Below are positions 38,701 to 52,658 of a stretch of 64,000 nucleotides of DNA, in pieces. The notes under the pieces were generated by a model, which was not told the DNA's origin, did not search any database, and saw nothing but the letters and a program-made list of their open reading frames with translations. This DNA is from Octopus vulgaris. Lineage: Eukaryota. The translations under genes were made by a program, and so were the position numbers. The stretch lies in contig OX597836.1 of NCBI GenBank assembly GCA_951406725.2, positions 47,678,001 to 47,742,000 on the forward strand. The letters run 5' to 3'. Each line of letters begins with the position of its first letter. The first letter of the stretch is position 1.

Positions 38701-39359
38701 TCAACAGTGTGCATGGACACTCCCGTACTTACTAAAAGCATGGATTTGTACTTCCAGTTACGTGTACATCCACAAGTATAGAACAGTATACACCTGATGT
38801 AGACATAAAATTGTACAAGAGTATACTTTGGCAGGCAGTCCACAGTCCACTGTAGGCTCAAGATCCAACAGAGGGAAGGTTCCGAGAGTAGTGCTATTGC
38901 TTGTGCATGTGTGTGTATAGTTTACTGTTCCATTTTAAGTAGGATCAACAAAAAAAGTGCTCCATCCAATAAAAGATAAATATCATTTAATATACACAGA
39001 ATTTATAAAAGAGTAACTGATAGTTTCATGCTGTACAGATACAATAATTTGATATATATATATATATATACAACATGCCATGTGTCTCCAAGCAATCTTT
39101 CAGGCGCAGTACATATTGCTGAACCTATTTGAAAGTCAGGATGCTGGTCAATGAGAATACATGAGAGGAAAATGAGAAGAAAAATGTAAAGAAGGTTGAT
39201 GCAAAAAAAGAGAACAAGAGGAATGAAAAGAAAAGTAAGAGAACCAACATCTTTATCCCCTTTGTCTGTGGAAATCAGAATGAATGTAGCTGGTGGTGAG
39301 TGATGGAATGGAGAGAAGGCCAAAGCCTGTGAGATATCAACTCAACCTGGACGTATATA

Positions 39360-39745
39360 TCTTTTATCTTTTAAAAGTTTCAGTCATTAAACTGCAGCCA
39401 AGCTGGGGCACTGCCTTGAAGAACCTCCAATCAAATGGATTGATCCCAGTACTTTACTTTACTTTTTTTTTTTAAGCCTGGCACATATTTTATTAGTCTA
39501 TTTTGCTGAACCACTTAGTTATGGGGACATAAACACACCAACACCAGCTGCCAAGTGTTGGTAGAGGACAGACACACACACATATACACACACACACACA
39601 TATACACATACACAACAGATTCCTTTCAGTTTCCATCTACCAAACCCTCTGACAAGGATTTGGTTGGCCCAAGATTAAAGTAGAAGACACTTGCCCAAGA
39701 TGCCATGCAGTGAGACTGAACCTGGAACCATGTGGTTGGGAAGCA
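39360..39745 (-). mobile_element. SINE family A (older subfamily)
   Basis: Similarity to family A. Confidence 0.8.
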
Positions 39746-39861
39746 CTAACATAAGTTTGTTTGATTCAGCTCCTTTCAGACACTTTGTCTTGCACTTGAA
39801 TAAGCGTCTTCTACCTTAGTCTTGCGTTGACTGATAACTTTTAAGACGGCAACTGAAAAGT

Positions 39862-40272
39862 ATACTCTCTCTTTTACTCTTTTACTTGTTTCAGTCATTT
39901 GACTGCGGCCATGATGGAGCACTGCCTTTAATCGAGCAACTCGATCCTGGGACTTATTCTTTTGTAAGCCCAGTACTTATTCTATCAGTCTCTTTTGCCA
40001 AACTGCTTAGTAACGGGGACATAAACACACCAGCATCGGTTGTCAAGCAATGCTAGGGGTACAAACACACGCACACACACACATATATATATATATATAC
40101 ATATATACGGCGGGCTTCTTTCAGTTTCCGTCTACCAAATCCACTCACAGGGCTTTGGTCGGCCCAAGGCTATAGTAGAAGACACTTGCCCAAGGTGCCA
40201 CGCAGTGGGACTGAACCCGGAACCATGTGGTTGGTAAACAAGCTACTTACCACACAGCCACTCCTGCACCTA
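39862..40272 (-). mobile_element. SINE family A, full length
   Basis: Near-consensus copy. Confidence 0.9.
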
Positions 40273-41451
40273 TAATTCATTTTATTTATTAATTTGTCTA
40301 GAGATGCAGCCTTGCCAGATGGCAGTAACTTTAATGCAGGCCTTCCAATATAAAAACATTCCTCATCAGGTGTACATCAATCAAAACGATATAAATGTAA
40401 ACAAAAAACAGGTTAACAGTTCAATCAGTCTAATCAATACTTTCTAACAATAGAGGCAGAATGTTCAAAACAGTTATTGCCATTGGTGAAGAGTATATAC
40501 TCAAACCTTCTGAGCCAATGAGAGGGCCTCCATTCAGTCACTTGTCCTGCTAGAGAAATAGTTGCTGCACCACTAAGTAGGGGACACAAATCTCTTCGAA
40601 GATTGAACATAATACAGTTCCTGAAAATCTTCAACCTTTTCTTTGAAACTGGTAAACTAGAGCATACAGAATTAAGTAAAGCACAGTAATCGAGATATAG
40701 AAGGTTCAATAGTAGCTGTTTAACCCTTAAACAGTCCTGACCAAATAGACCTTTGATAAAAGACATTCCAGCCATGACTGGCTATTTTTTCTTTTCTTTT
40801 TTATATATCAAGGATTCAATTATCCAGTATATATTTCAATTTTTAGAGGGAGGTTGCGATTTGAGGAAAATTTTGGATGTTATGCCAAGCAGGTTAAACA
40901 GCTAAGGTTCCTTCATTGGTTTCATTTCAAATTTTGAGCCAAAATTTGAAACCAAATTTATGATATAAAGTATCCAGTATACTTTGTAAAGTGGTTGGCA
41001 TTAGGAAGGACATCAAAATACAAGCTGTAGTCCCAACACATCAGGGAAGGGCACTAACTGCAAATAAGAATCAAAATGTGATGACTCACCCAACCCCTGC
41101 CAGCATGGAAAACAAATGTAAAATAAGGATGGTGATGTAAACATCTATTTGAACAGAGATTAAATAACAGGGTACCTTTTGACAAGTCCCCTAACAAGGC
41201 AGATCAGCACCGAATGATGCACCACAACTATTTGTACAGAATCACACCTGCACAAGGAGTTGAAACAATTATAGTGATTAATAAAGAATCATGTGAATTC
41301 CATTTTCTTTCTCTTTCTCACTTTGTTATAAATTCTATGGACATGAAGCAATTCCTGAAGCAAATCCAATGGTATTTATAACCATACACCTGTTGACATG
41401 AGGCAGCTGAATAAAGTGAACAGGTATTAAACGGTATTCTACAAGGTGTAT

Positions 41452-41629
41452 TTCGTCTGCGCTACGTTGTGAGTTCGAATTCCGCCGAGGTCGACTTTGC
41501 CTTTCATCCTTTCGGGGTCGATAAATTAAGTACCAGTTACGCACTGGGGTCGATGTAATCGACTTAATACCTATGTCTGTCCTTGTTTGTCCCCTCTGTG
41601 TTTAGCCCCCTGTGGGTAATAAAGAAATA
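41452..41629 (+). mobile_element. 5'-truncated SINE family B with perfect 19-bp TSD
   Basis: ggtattctacaaggtgtat at 41433-41451 and 41630-41648. Confidence 0.9.
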
Positions 41630-41787
41630 GGTATTCTACAAGGTGTATACCCAAATTTATAATTATTATTTATTTGAGAATTCTCTGTAAATAATTTAGA
41701 TTTGTTGCAAAAGACTTGCATTCACAGTAAGATGCTATGTTATATAATTAAGTTTGTCTCCCTCAAGAAAGGGGAAAACATACGTGT

Positions 41788-41836
<49 letters not shown>

Positions 41837-43475
41837 TAAAAACAATGAACAGTTTAGCTGATTTCTTCCTTCTTGAAATAAACAAGAGGCTTTTTCTCCT
41901 TGACAACAAAGACTTATTCTTGCATTACTTTATAACAGGAAGCAAAATGGTTCACTGTGAATGCTTAACAATGGTCTCTCTATTCAGGGACTTGACTGAA
42001 AGGAATCATCATCATCATCATTTATAACACATACAAATACATGCTCCTTTCTGTCATTCCTTCAAGCTATACTCCTCCATTCCTCCACTGAAAAGTTAAT
42101 AACACTATTCAATCAGTTGCTTGCTTTAAACCTTGACATTTTCTTCCAAGATGTTATGCTAGCATACAGAGACTGTCATTAGCTCAAACAACCTCTAGTT
42201 TTAATCCGGGTTGTCATTTAGCTCCAGATGTTCTAAACCTGATTATCCCATCTTTTATTCAGGCACTTTATATCTAACATCATATTATCTAAAACATACT
42301 TCCTTTTTGAAGACAGTAGACCATGAACTGAAAGTGATTTGGCTGCTTTTCTAGCAGGTCAAGCCACCATGTAGAAGCACCCTGGTTTGTACATCAATCT
42401 AGTTTTATATAAAGAGAGTAAGGTGAAGAAATAACCAGTGGTTCTCAGTCTTTTATAACTTAGTACCCACCTTTCATGGGATATTTTACAAATGCCCCCA
42501 ACCACCCACCAACCATGTTTTGCATAAAAGACAAAAAACAACCTTCCATTCCTTCAAAACAGTAGATTAAGCTAATTTGGGGCAGTGATTTATTATCGAT
42601 ATTTTGTTATACTTTCCCAACCAGCATGTACTTCTTGTAAGACATTTGCGTGGATTAGTGCCCTTACGTTCATTCTTGAATGAAAATTACTAAAGGAGAA
42701 AAAGTACATTTTTGGTCTGTTACAAACCTACAGGCTCATTAGGCTGGAAATTATCCCAGCTTCCATGGTGAGAGTATAGTACTACCTACTGCTGCTGCTA
42801 CTGCTTGTACTTAATTTCAGATGAATAGCCTGGAGCAACATGAAGTGTTTTATTCAAAAACACAATGCCCTGCTTAATCTGGGAAATGAAATCACTATCT
42901 CATGATCACTATCCTAACAGCCAAACCAATTAGGCCATGCACTTTCACAAAAGGACTTATATAATGAAATCATAATGGACTTTTGGGCATCACGTTTCTG
43001 CTCACAGATAATAACAATGTCTCCTATCCATATTTTAATTCCAACAAACATTTTTGCCAAAAGTGTGCTTAAAACGTGCTTGAAAATATTGTACCTGGTT
43101 TGAATATTTTACTTCTAAGAAAAAACATGACCCTTCTATACAAGATCACAATGTCCCAACAGAAGAGCACCACCATCCAGATTAAGAAGTATTGGAATGC
43201 ACACACAAAATAGCAATCCATTCACATACAAGTGCCAACACACACACACATAACATGACATGCCACACATAACTACAGATTCTTTCTACTTAAAGAAAAA
43301 CAAAACATAGGAAACGAATGCTCTCCCTGCTCAAAATAGCAGTTAAGTCTCTCTGAAAAAATGCTTTAATCATCTTAAAAGAAAAAGAAGACATTGGGTG
43401 ATATGATCCTAGATACATCTCAATAAATGATGGAATGATCATAGCTGGAATAGCTCTGCTTATATATCAATGCTT

Positions 43476-43813
43476 GGCGCATGGCTCAGTGGTTAGAGCG
43501 TCGAGCTTACGATCGTGAGGTTGTGAGCTCGAATCCCGGACCGGGCTGGGTACTGTGTTCTTGAGCAAGGCACTTTATTTCACGTTGCTCCAGTTCACTC
43601 AGCTGTAGAAATGAATTGCGAATGTCACTGGTGCCAAGCTGTATGGGCCTTTGTCTTTCCCTTGGATAACACTGGTGGCGTGGAGAGGGGAGGCTGATAT
43701 GCATGGGCGACTGCTGGTCTTCCATAAACAACCTTGCCCGGACTTGTGTCTAGGAGGGTAACTTTCTAGGTGCAATCCCATGGTCATTCATGAAAGAAGG
43801 GGGTCTTCACCCA
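43476..43813 (+). mobile_element. SINE family C
   Basis: Reverse complement of 15245-15581. Confidence 0.9.
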
Positions 43814-44028
43814 TTAATCAGGGGAGACTTGAAGCTGAACAACAACTATATGGAAGTGAGGTCTTGTGGAGCCTTTACATAGTTCACTCAAGATGCAAGA
43901 AATAGCATTTAAGCCTCTCTTAAAACATACATTGAATAACATAGTCCAGTTTCGAATAAGCTTGAAAAACTATCACACCTTAACTGTTTTACCTAAAGGA
44001 AAGGACATATTAGATAATGTAGCCCCAC

Positions 44029-44392
44029 AATGGACGGTGCTGAGTTGTCAAACATTTAAACCAAATTTTCTCAAAACAACTTGTCCGACCGTCCCATTTT
44101 GTGGCATTATTTCAAGCCAGCTGACTCTTTTTGTGCAAACTGCACGTGCATTTTTCTCGCATATGCGTAGTATCGATCGCAACAGCTGATGTACTTGCAC
44201 GCACAAATGCACGTTCCCACGGCTTTATCGATCGCATTCTCACCTGGAATCGATTTTTGTAATTTTTTCAAGACTTATACACGCCCTGATACCGTCGGTA
44301 TCTACATATCAAATTTGAGCGCAATCGGATGGAGGATGCCCAAGATCCTAGAAGACACAAACACAGACAGACAGAACGGATTTTATATATAA
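44029..44392. mobile_element. Probable Helitron-derived fragment
   Basis: CpG-rich segment ending aaatttgagcgcaatcgg...acagacagacaga..tttatatata, same architecture as 26717-27103. Confidence 0.5.
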
Positions 44393-44790
44393 TATGCAGG
44401 AGTGGCTGTGTGGTAAGTAGCTTGCTAACCAACCACATGGTTCCGGTTTAAGTCCCACTGCGTGGCACCTTGGGCAAGTGTCTTCTGCTATAGCCCCGGG
44501 CCGACCAATGCCTTGTGAGTGGATTTGGTAGATGGAAACTGAAAGAAGCCTGTCGTATATATGTATATATATATGTGTATGTGTGTGTGTTTGTGTGTCT
44601 GTGTTTGTCCCCCTAGCATTGCCTGACAACCGATGCTGGTGTGCTTACATCCCCGTCACTTAGCGGTTCGGCAAAAGAGACCGATAGAATAAGTACTGGG
44701 CTTACAAAGAATAAGTTCCGGCGTCAATTTGCTCGACTAAAGGCGGTGCTCCAGCATGGCCGCAGTCAACTGACTGAAACAAGTGAAGGA
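44393..44790 (+). mobile_element. SINE family A
   Basis: Full-length copy. Confidence 0.9.
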
Positions 44791-44837
<47 letters not shown>

Positions 44838-45149
44838 TATATGACATATAGATGAGTGGACCATATACACTGGTCACAAGTTTTATGCGAGTATGTACCC
44901 CTTACGCATGAACATGAATTGGCACTGTTATAAACAACTCTTTCAAGTGTCTCTAGCAACATTTAATCTTCTAGTTTTCTTTATGAGGCTGAATAGAAAC
45001 TGCCACCTAGACTTAATTTAACACAAATCATGGTGACTTCTGCCAACAATTCAACAATCCAGTAATGTTACATATAAAGGTTACACATCTCTGAAGATTT
45101 GACAATAGATTTTGGTTATATGATTTACATTATGTAACGATCCAAACGT

Positions 45150-45496
45150 GGCTGTAGCCAGTACTTCATCGACTGGCCTCCGTGCTGGTGGCACGTAACA
45201 AACACCATCCGAGCGTGGCCGTTTGCCAGCCTCGTCTGGCACCTGTGTCCATGGCACATAAAAAAACACCATCCGAGCATGGCCGTTCGCCAGCCTTGTC
45301 TGGCACCTGTGTTGGTGGCACATAAAAAGCACCCACTACACTCACGGAGTGGTTGGCGTTAGGAAGGGCATCCAGCTGTAGAAACACTGCCAGATCTGAC
45401 TGGCCTGGTGCAGCCTTCGGGCTTCCCAGACCCCAGTTGAGCCGTCCAACCCATGCCAGCATGGAAAGCGGACGTTAAACGATGATGATGATGATG
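45150..45496 (+). mobile_element. Family E RTE-derived element with 5' tandem units and (GAT)n tail
   Basis: About 3 units ...gtggcacRtaaaaagcacc..., then gttggcgttaggaagggcatcc, ending gatgatgatgatg. Confidence 0.85.
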
Positions 45497-45924
45497 AACT
45501 AATAATCATATTTTGTAAATTAAAGTAGGCTTGCGTAACTAAATATCTTACAAACAATCTTGTGTTTTGTCTTATTTTCTGGGCCTCACTGGGGAAATGA
45601 CAAGGGAGCAGGAGATGTTCTGATCTGGTGTACTTGAGAAGATACATCATCAGCATCATTTAACATCTATTTTCCATGCTGACATAGATTAGATGGTTTG
45701 ACAGGAGCTGACAGGCCAGAAGACTGCACCAAGGTCCACTGTCGCTTTTGGCATGGCTTTTACCACTGAATGCCCTTCCTAACACCGACCACATTACAGA
45801 GTAGGCTGGGTGCTTTTTATGTGACACCAACACCAGCGAGGTTTGCTTGGCATAGTTTTTATAGCTAGATGCCCTTCTTAACAACCACTATAAATATTTA
45901 TATAAGTTTACATACATATAATAT

Positions 45925-45961
<37 letters not shown>

Positions 45962-45969
45962 ATGTACAC

Positions 45970-46352
45970 ACTGGCTGTGTGGTAAGTAGCTTGCTAACCA
46001 ACCACATGGTTCCGGGTTCAGTCCCACTGCGTGGCACCTTGGGCAAGTGTCTTCTATAGCCTCGGGCCGACCAAAGCCTTGTGAGTGGATTTGGTAGACG
46101 GAAACTGAAAGAAGCCCGTCGTATATATGTATATATATATATGCGTGTGTCTGTGTTTGTCCCCCTAGCATTGCTTGACAACCAATGCTGGTGTGTTTAT
46201 GTCCCCGTTACTTAGCGGTTCGGCAAAAGAGACCGATAGAATAAGTACTAGGCTTACAAAAGAATAAGTCCTGGGGTCGAGTTGCTCGATCAAAGGCAGT
46301 GCTCCAGCATGGCCGCAGTCAAATGACTGAAACAAGTAAAAGAGTAAAAGAG
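45970..46352 (+). mobile_element. SINE family A
   Basis: Near-consensus copy. Confidence 0.9.
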
Positions 46353-46423
46353 CTAGAACATTTTTCATCATTTGTCTGTGTGATTGGAGCCAATATGGAG
46401 CTTAAGAAAACACACACACACAC

Positions 46424-46616
46424 ATCATCATCATCATCATCATCGTTTAGCGTCCGCTTTCCATGCTAGCATGGGTTGGACGGTTCGACCGGGGTCTGGG
46501 AAACCAGGAGGCTGCACCAGGCTCCAGTCTGATCTGGCAGTGTTTCTACAGCTGGATGCCCTTCCTAATGCCAACCACTCCGAGAGTGTAGTGGGTGGCT
46601 TTTACGTGCCACTGGC
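46424..46616 (-). mobile_element. Family E RTE-derived element
   Basis: Reverse complement of 45310-45496. Confidence 0.85.
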
Positions 46617-47171
46617 ATATATATATATATATATATGCAAAGAAATACAAGAGATAGAATTATAGATAAGAAGTTTAGGGTGAGAAAAGAAAAAGAGATA
46701 AAGAAAGAAGAAAAGCAAATAGAGAATGAAAGGAAGAAAGGGAGACAGGAACAAAGTGAAAGAAAAAAGGAACAAATGAAAGCAGAAAAATTCCAGACGA
46801 GGATAAGAAGGTTGGCTGAATCTAGCCGGAGACTCCTGCAACAGAAGAAATCAGCAATATTTTAACAGCAGCCAGCGAGATAGAATTCTTGTTGCACTTT
46901 TAACATTATGAACAGCATTCGTGCAGATTGTTTCTCTTTTTCTCCTTCTCTGTCTACATTTTGCAAAAAAAAAAAAAAATTTTTTATTCGTTAATACCAC
47001 TAGACTTTGATTGAACTATATGCGTGTGTGTCCAGTGAGATAATTGGTTTCTTGTACACTGCACAACAGACGTGTGTGTGTGTGTGCGTGTGTTTAACTT
47101 ACATGAAACATGAAAAAAAAAAAAAATAGAACTATCAGCATTATCTTTGTCATTAATAGTTAACGAGGTAC

Positions 47172-47822
47172 TAAGGTGGTGAGCTGGTAGAATCATTAGC
47201 TTGCCAAGCAAAATGCTTAGCAGCATTTTGTCTGTCTTAGTGCTCTGAGTTCAAATTCCACTGAGGTCAACTTTGCCTTTCATCCTTTTGGGGTCAATAA
47301 AATAAGAACCAGTGAAGCACTGGAGTCGATGTAATTGACTTACCCCTCCTCCAAAATTGCTGGCCTTGTGTTAATATTTAACAAGGTACAAAGGCAGTGA
47401 GGTGGCAGAATCGTTAGCACACCAAACAAAATGCTTAGTGGCATTTCGTTCATCTTTATGTTCTCAGTTCAAATTCCATCGCAGTCAATTTTGTCTGTTG
47501 TCCTTTTGGGGTTGATAAAATAAGTACCAGTCAATCACTGGGGTTGACTTACCCCTCACCCGAACTTGCTGACCTTGTGCCAAAAATTTGAAACCATTAT
47601 TATAATGATTTAAGGCAGTGAATTAGCAGAACCATTAGCACAAGGGGCAAAATGCTTAGAGCCATTTCATCTTTCTTTGCGTTTGGCACTCAAATTCCAA
47701 GGTCAACTTTTCCTTTCATCCTTTTGAGGTTGATAAAATAAGTACCACTTGAGTACTGGAGTCAACGGAATCGACTTACACCCTCCCCCAAAATTACTGG
47801 CCTTGTGCCAAAATTTGAAACC
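47172..47822 (+). mobile_element. Three head-to-tail older SINE family B copies
   Basis: Units at ~47172-47380, 47391-47596 and 47612-47822, each with head, B-box and central motif. Confidence 0.85.
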
Positions 47823-48739
47823 AATAATCTAGCGAACATAAGCTTCATAGCTTTGCAGCCCTATCACCAAAGAAGTTCTGTGACCATCCTGATTTTTTCC
47901 CTTTTTTGACTTTTAAGCATATCTGGGTATCTTTGGGTACCTAGGACCACTTTATCCAATACCTTTTTTTCTTTTTTAAAGATGTTATGATGTGATTTGA
48001 GGTAGATTTTGGTGTTATTTTAAGCAGGTCCAGTAACCATATAGATGCTCCCCTTGCTTGAAACCATTTCAATGTCTTACTGAGAGTCTTGAACAGCATC
48101 AATTTCCATGTCAAAGGAAGCCTCTATGCCATTGCGCAACCTTCTTAAAACAGCAGCCAAATCACCCTCAAACTTCATCTTCTTGAATTAAAAATGTAAC
48201 TTAGTCTTGGATATATATGAACTCAGAAAGAAGTTGGGAAAAGTTATTGCAAAAATCTTGAGGTACAAATTTATGGATTGCACCTAGAGATTTGGCTAAC
48301 AATTTATATATCACTGATCTGCTAGAGCAATGGTAATCTGGGGTCACAGGCTACAAGATTAACAAGAGATATACAGAAACAGACTGGACAATGAAGACAA
48401 CAACAACAACAAGAGTGACTGGAGCAACAGGAAACGAAATCCATGCTCAAGGGCACAAAGTGTTACCTGGTTCAAAAATTGATCCCATGACTATAAGACC
48501 ATAAGCCAAATATCCCAACCACTAGGCCATTATGCCAAACCAGAATAAACACCACAAGGCATTTTGTACAAGGTTCTAACAACTCTGCCCTATTCACTGC
48601 AATGAATGATGAATGAACCTGCTCAAACCATTAGAACACTGTTGTTCTTCAACACAAATTTTGTCTTGTGAACTGTCTGCTATGAACACCTTCATCCAAC
48701 AGAGATATATTTGTAAGTATATCTGGTATAGGGATACTT

Positions 48740-50230
48740 TGGAATGGAGGTTACTGATAGAATTTTGCTATCTCATACCTCTTTGATTCAGTATTGGATG
48801 TTTGTTGAGCTATCAACTTATCACCTGCAACCTGAGATTATCTATAGCAAGAACTTACAAAGCTTCTAAGTCCAGTGCAACTTACAGGATAAAGAGAGAA
48901 GCCTTGACAGATGATGAGATCAGATACAAATATGCACGCAATACTGCATTGACATTCAGGGAACTTCCCCAACAAACTGAGGAGATTCAGACAGAGTGGA
49001 GATTGTTTTGTTTGGCAGTCTCTTCTTTGATTGTACAATGCAGCGGACAAAAGCAGTTCAGTGTGGCACCAGGTAGTAAAAGAACCCCTTGGTTTAACCA
49101 GGAAGTTGAAGATGCCATCCAAGCAAAGAAGGAGGCATACAAAGCTTGGATTGCAAACAAGATTCTTCTTCGGTACATGAGGCACAAAAAGTTGCAGCAG
49201 AGACAGTAAAAATGTCCAAGGCTCAGTCATGAGAGGAGTCTGGGGTTAAGCTGAACTCTGACTTTAGATCAGCCAATAAAGTATTCTGATAGACAAGCCT
49301 TTGACTTCCTAACAAGGAGTCCATTGCCACTCCTTCTGTTAAGAACTTGGCTGGGATCCTTCTCTTTACAGAGAACAGTGTCCTTGAGAGGTGGAGAGAA
49401 TACTTTGTTAATCTCCTAAATCCTATCACATTATAATCTTCTGATGGACATGAGGTGCATCTAAGGGAGAAGACTAACCTCACAGAAGTTGAAGTTACAG
49501 TGGCAGTTGAATTGCTTAAATGTGGCAAGGCGAATAGGGAGAGTGAAATTTGGCCTCAGATGTTAAAAGCCTTAAATAGAGAAGGTATTCTCTGATTGAC
49601 TAGTGTATGCTTAAGGTGCCTTGATCCTCTGGAAAGACACTGAAGCAATGGAAATTCAGAGTGATAACCATAATTTTTAGAAAGGAAAACAAGAGAAAGT
49701 GCTCTATTTACAAAGGAATCGCCTTGTTAAGCACCCCCTGGTAAAATCCAAGCTAGGGGTCTGGAAAAGAGACACGGAAATTCTGAAACCCCAGCTAACT
49801 GAAGAAAAGTGTGGCTACTGTCCTGAATATAGCACAAACTCTATGGCAGGTCTTTGAAAAATTGTGAGAATACTGCCAAGCAGTGTAGACCTCGGAAAGG
49901 CAGGTGACTGCATGCTTTGGGACATGTTGTGGAGGGTTTTGCAGGAGTTTGAGATCAATGAGCAACTCAGTGAAGTCCTTATATGAGTGTCCTGATAGTT
50001 GTGCTCGGGTAAAAACCTTTCAATATGAGGGCACATGGGACTTTGGCAGAAATATATATTGCTACTTCTTTACATAATTTTTATAAACTGGATTGATATA
50101 CACAGCTGTTGTGGAAATAGTATCATAATTGGTGGGTGTAGGGTTGGTTGGCTGATACTTGTAGAAGATATGGTGCCACTTGGCTCATCAGAACACACTG
50201 TCTTCTGTGTCCCAAAAAACTGAGGTCATC
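48740..50230 (+). mobile_element. Decayed Rex3/Expander-like (RTE clade) LINE
   Basis: KRTPWFNQEVEDAIQAKKEAYKAW.., DFRSANKVF, VLERWREYFVNLLN, and RT remnants, with many stops. Confidence 0.85.
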
Positions 50231-50669
50231 ACTTTCCCTGCAGATGAAACAACCTTGACCTTCTTTGAAGCAGGTGAGCAGGGGTGTTTCCACTGCATGG
50301 ATTGTCCCTTTGTCTCTGGCTCGATGAACCCAACACTCACCCTGGCTTAAGGAAACATCCAAGGAAATGTTGAGGCAGCTGGATCAGCCTCAATGTCAGA
50401 TTTTCCCGTGATGTGATCAGTTTAGCAGGCTTTTAGTCAAGTGTTAGATATGGCACCTGCCAAGCAGAAACTTTTGTTGTACCAAAGGTCTTTAATCATG
50501 TCAAATGAACACAGAACTGAAATCTCAGGAAATGCTGGGTGTTAAGGTGCAGTACACCAGACTGCTCAAGGATGATCCAAACTCTGGATGTAACAGTGAG
50601 AGCCCCCAATTGAGAAAGGCTTCAAACAAGGAAATATCATCTCTCCAAAGCTCTGCGTATCTAGAAATA

Positions 50670-51370
50670 GTTAGCAGAGACACTGATTGGACAAGTGGCA
50701 TGAACATCATCAACAAGCGACTAACACACCTCCAATTAACACATGGCATTGTACTACTCATTACTAAAACCAAAGACCAGCTGCTGACCATGCTGACAGA
50801 GGTGGACACTCATAGCTTAGAAGAAGGCCTTAAAATGAACACCACATGAAAATAAAATACATGCAGTTTGAAAATGTAGCTCAGGGGCCAACATAGTGGG
50901 AAAGCAATGAAATCAAAGAGGCAAATGAGTACATCTACTTAAGGGCACACAGTGAATATACTACACCAAGATGGTGAAATCTCCAAGAGAATAAGGGCAG
51001 AATGGAAGATATTTACCTCAATAAAAGATGTACTCACAAGCAAAGCTGGAGAAGACCAAACTACCAGAATCCTCAGCAGTACTGTCCTACCAGTGCACTT
51101 ACACGGGAGACACAGGCTACTAAGAAGAGGGAAGAAGATCAATTTGCTACAATGCAAACGGCCACAGAAACATCCATGCTAGGAACATCCTTGTGAGAAT
51201 ATGTCCAAACAGTGCAGAGTCAATCACATAACCACAGCATGCTGAAAGCACAAGTTCTGCTGGACTTGACATATTGCAAGGTTCAGACAACACATGGATA
51301 AATGCAGTTGCCGATTGGTATTCAAGAGATCTAAAAGGGCCACTTGGAAGGCCTCAACGATGTTGGCATC
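50670..51370 (+). mobile_element. Decayed RTE-1-like LINE (RT C-terminal half)
   Basis: GMNIINKRLTHLQL..GIVLL...GLKMN; EYIYL..; EISKRIRAEWKIF.SIKDVL; W...KGPLGRPQR.W. Confidence 0.8.
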
Positions 51371-52469
51371 CTCAGGACGCAATACCTTTTGACCATTTTG
51401 TCTGCTGGAACCATGGGGTGGTCAGAATTACGGGAAATCAAGAGAATGAAAGAATTTCATAGCCTACACACTCTAGTATAAACAAGGTGGTTGTATAAAA
51501 CAACAACCTAAGAAGTCATTATCATCATCATCGCTTAATGTCCACTCCCCATGCTGGCATGGATTGGTCAGTCTGACATGGAGCTGTCCAGACTCCAGCT
51601 GCTTGGTGTGGCAAGGTTTCTATGGCTGGATGCCTCTCCTAACAGCAAGTAATATTTAAAATTTAGTTAAGAGATTTAGGCCAAGATGGGGGAAAAAATG
51701 GCACAATCAAGGAAGAACTGGACTGTGACCAGCAATGTATAACAACATCTGAGAGCCTGGTCAATGAAGGGATAGAGACACCTAGCTTTCAAAAGAAAAG
51801 AAAAAGTCTTCCACATATAAAAGCATTTACTTTGAAAGCTTCATCATACTTGAAGTGGCAGCTAATGAAGATGGATATAATACGCTACATGTGTGTATAT
51901 ATATGTGTGTGTGTGTGTATGTGTGTGTGTATATATATATGTATATATATGCGTGTGTATGTGTGTATATATGTGTGTATATATACATATACTCACATAT
52001 AAACATATGTATGCATGTATATATTGTAGATGCTTTATATGAGAATGGAGGACTGGTTTGAACAATCATTTTAAATCATGTCTGCACACAAATACAAGCA
52101 TGCACACACACACACACACACACGTCTGCACACATTCATACACACAACACCATACAGACATCTTTTATCTTTCACTTATTTCAGTCACTGGACTGTGGCC
52201 ATGCTGGAACGCTGCTTCGAAAGGTTTAGTCAAACAAATCAATCCCGGTACTTGTTATTTTAAAGCCTTGAATTCGTTCTAACAGTCTCTTTCGCTGAAC
52301 CACTAAGTTACAGGGACATAAACAAACCAACACCAGTTATCGAACAGTGGTGGGGAACAAACACACACACACACACATATATATGGAGCAACAATCTGGA
52401 TGCTTGCTAAATCGCTGAGATCCAAGCTAGATTGAAATTACATCTGAATGTTAAGAGCAGTCTTGAATA

Positions 52470-52625
52470 TAGGTGCAGACATGGCTGTGTGGTAAGAAGC
52501 TTGCTTCCCAACCACATGGTTCCGGGTTCTATCCTTTGCATAGCGCATTGGGCAAATGTCTTCAACTATAGCCTCGGACCAACTAAAGCTTTGTGAGTAG
52601 ATTTGGTAAACTGAAAGAAGCCCAT

Positions 52626-52658
<33 letters not shown>

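Noticed and set aside
43476-43550. tRNA-like sequences (also at 15510-15581, 20881-20955, 21545-21617)
   Set aside because: These are SINE heads continuing into SINE bodies, without a proper acceptor stem. Not tRNA genes
46635-46865. Lys/Glu-rich ORF
   Set aside because: Low-complexity purine tract with no clear splice signals or recognisable homology
48802-49209. 135-aa ORF as a host gene exon
   Set aside because: Part of a decayed Rex3-like LINE, flanked by stops and frameshifts
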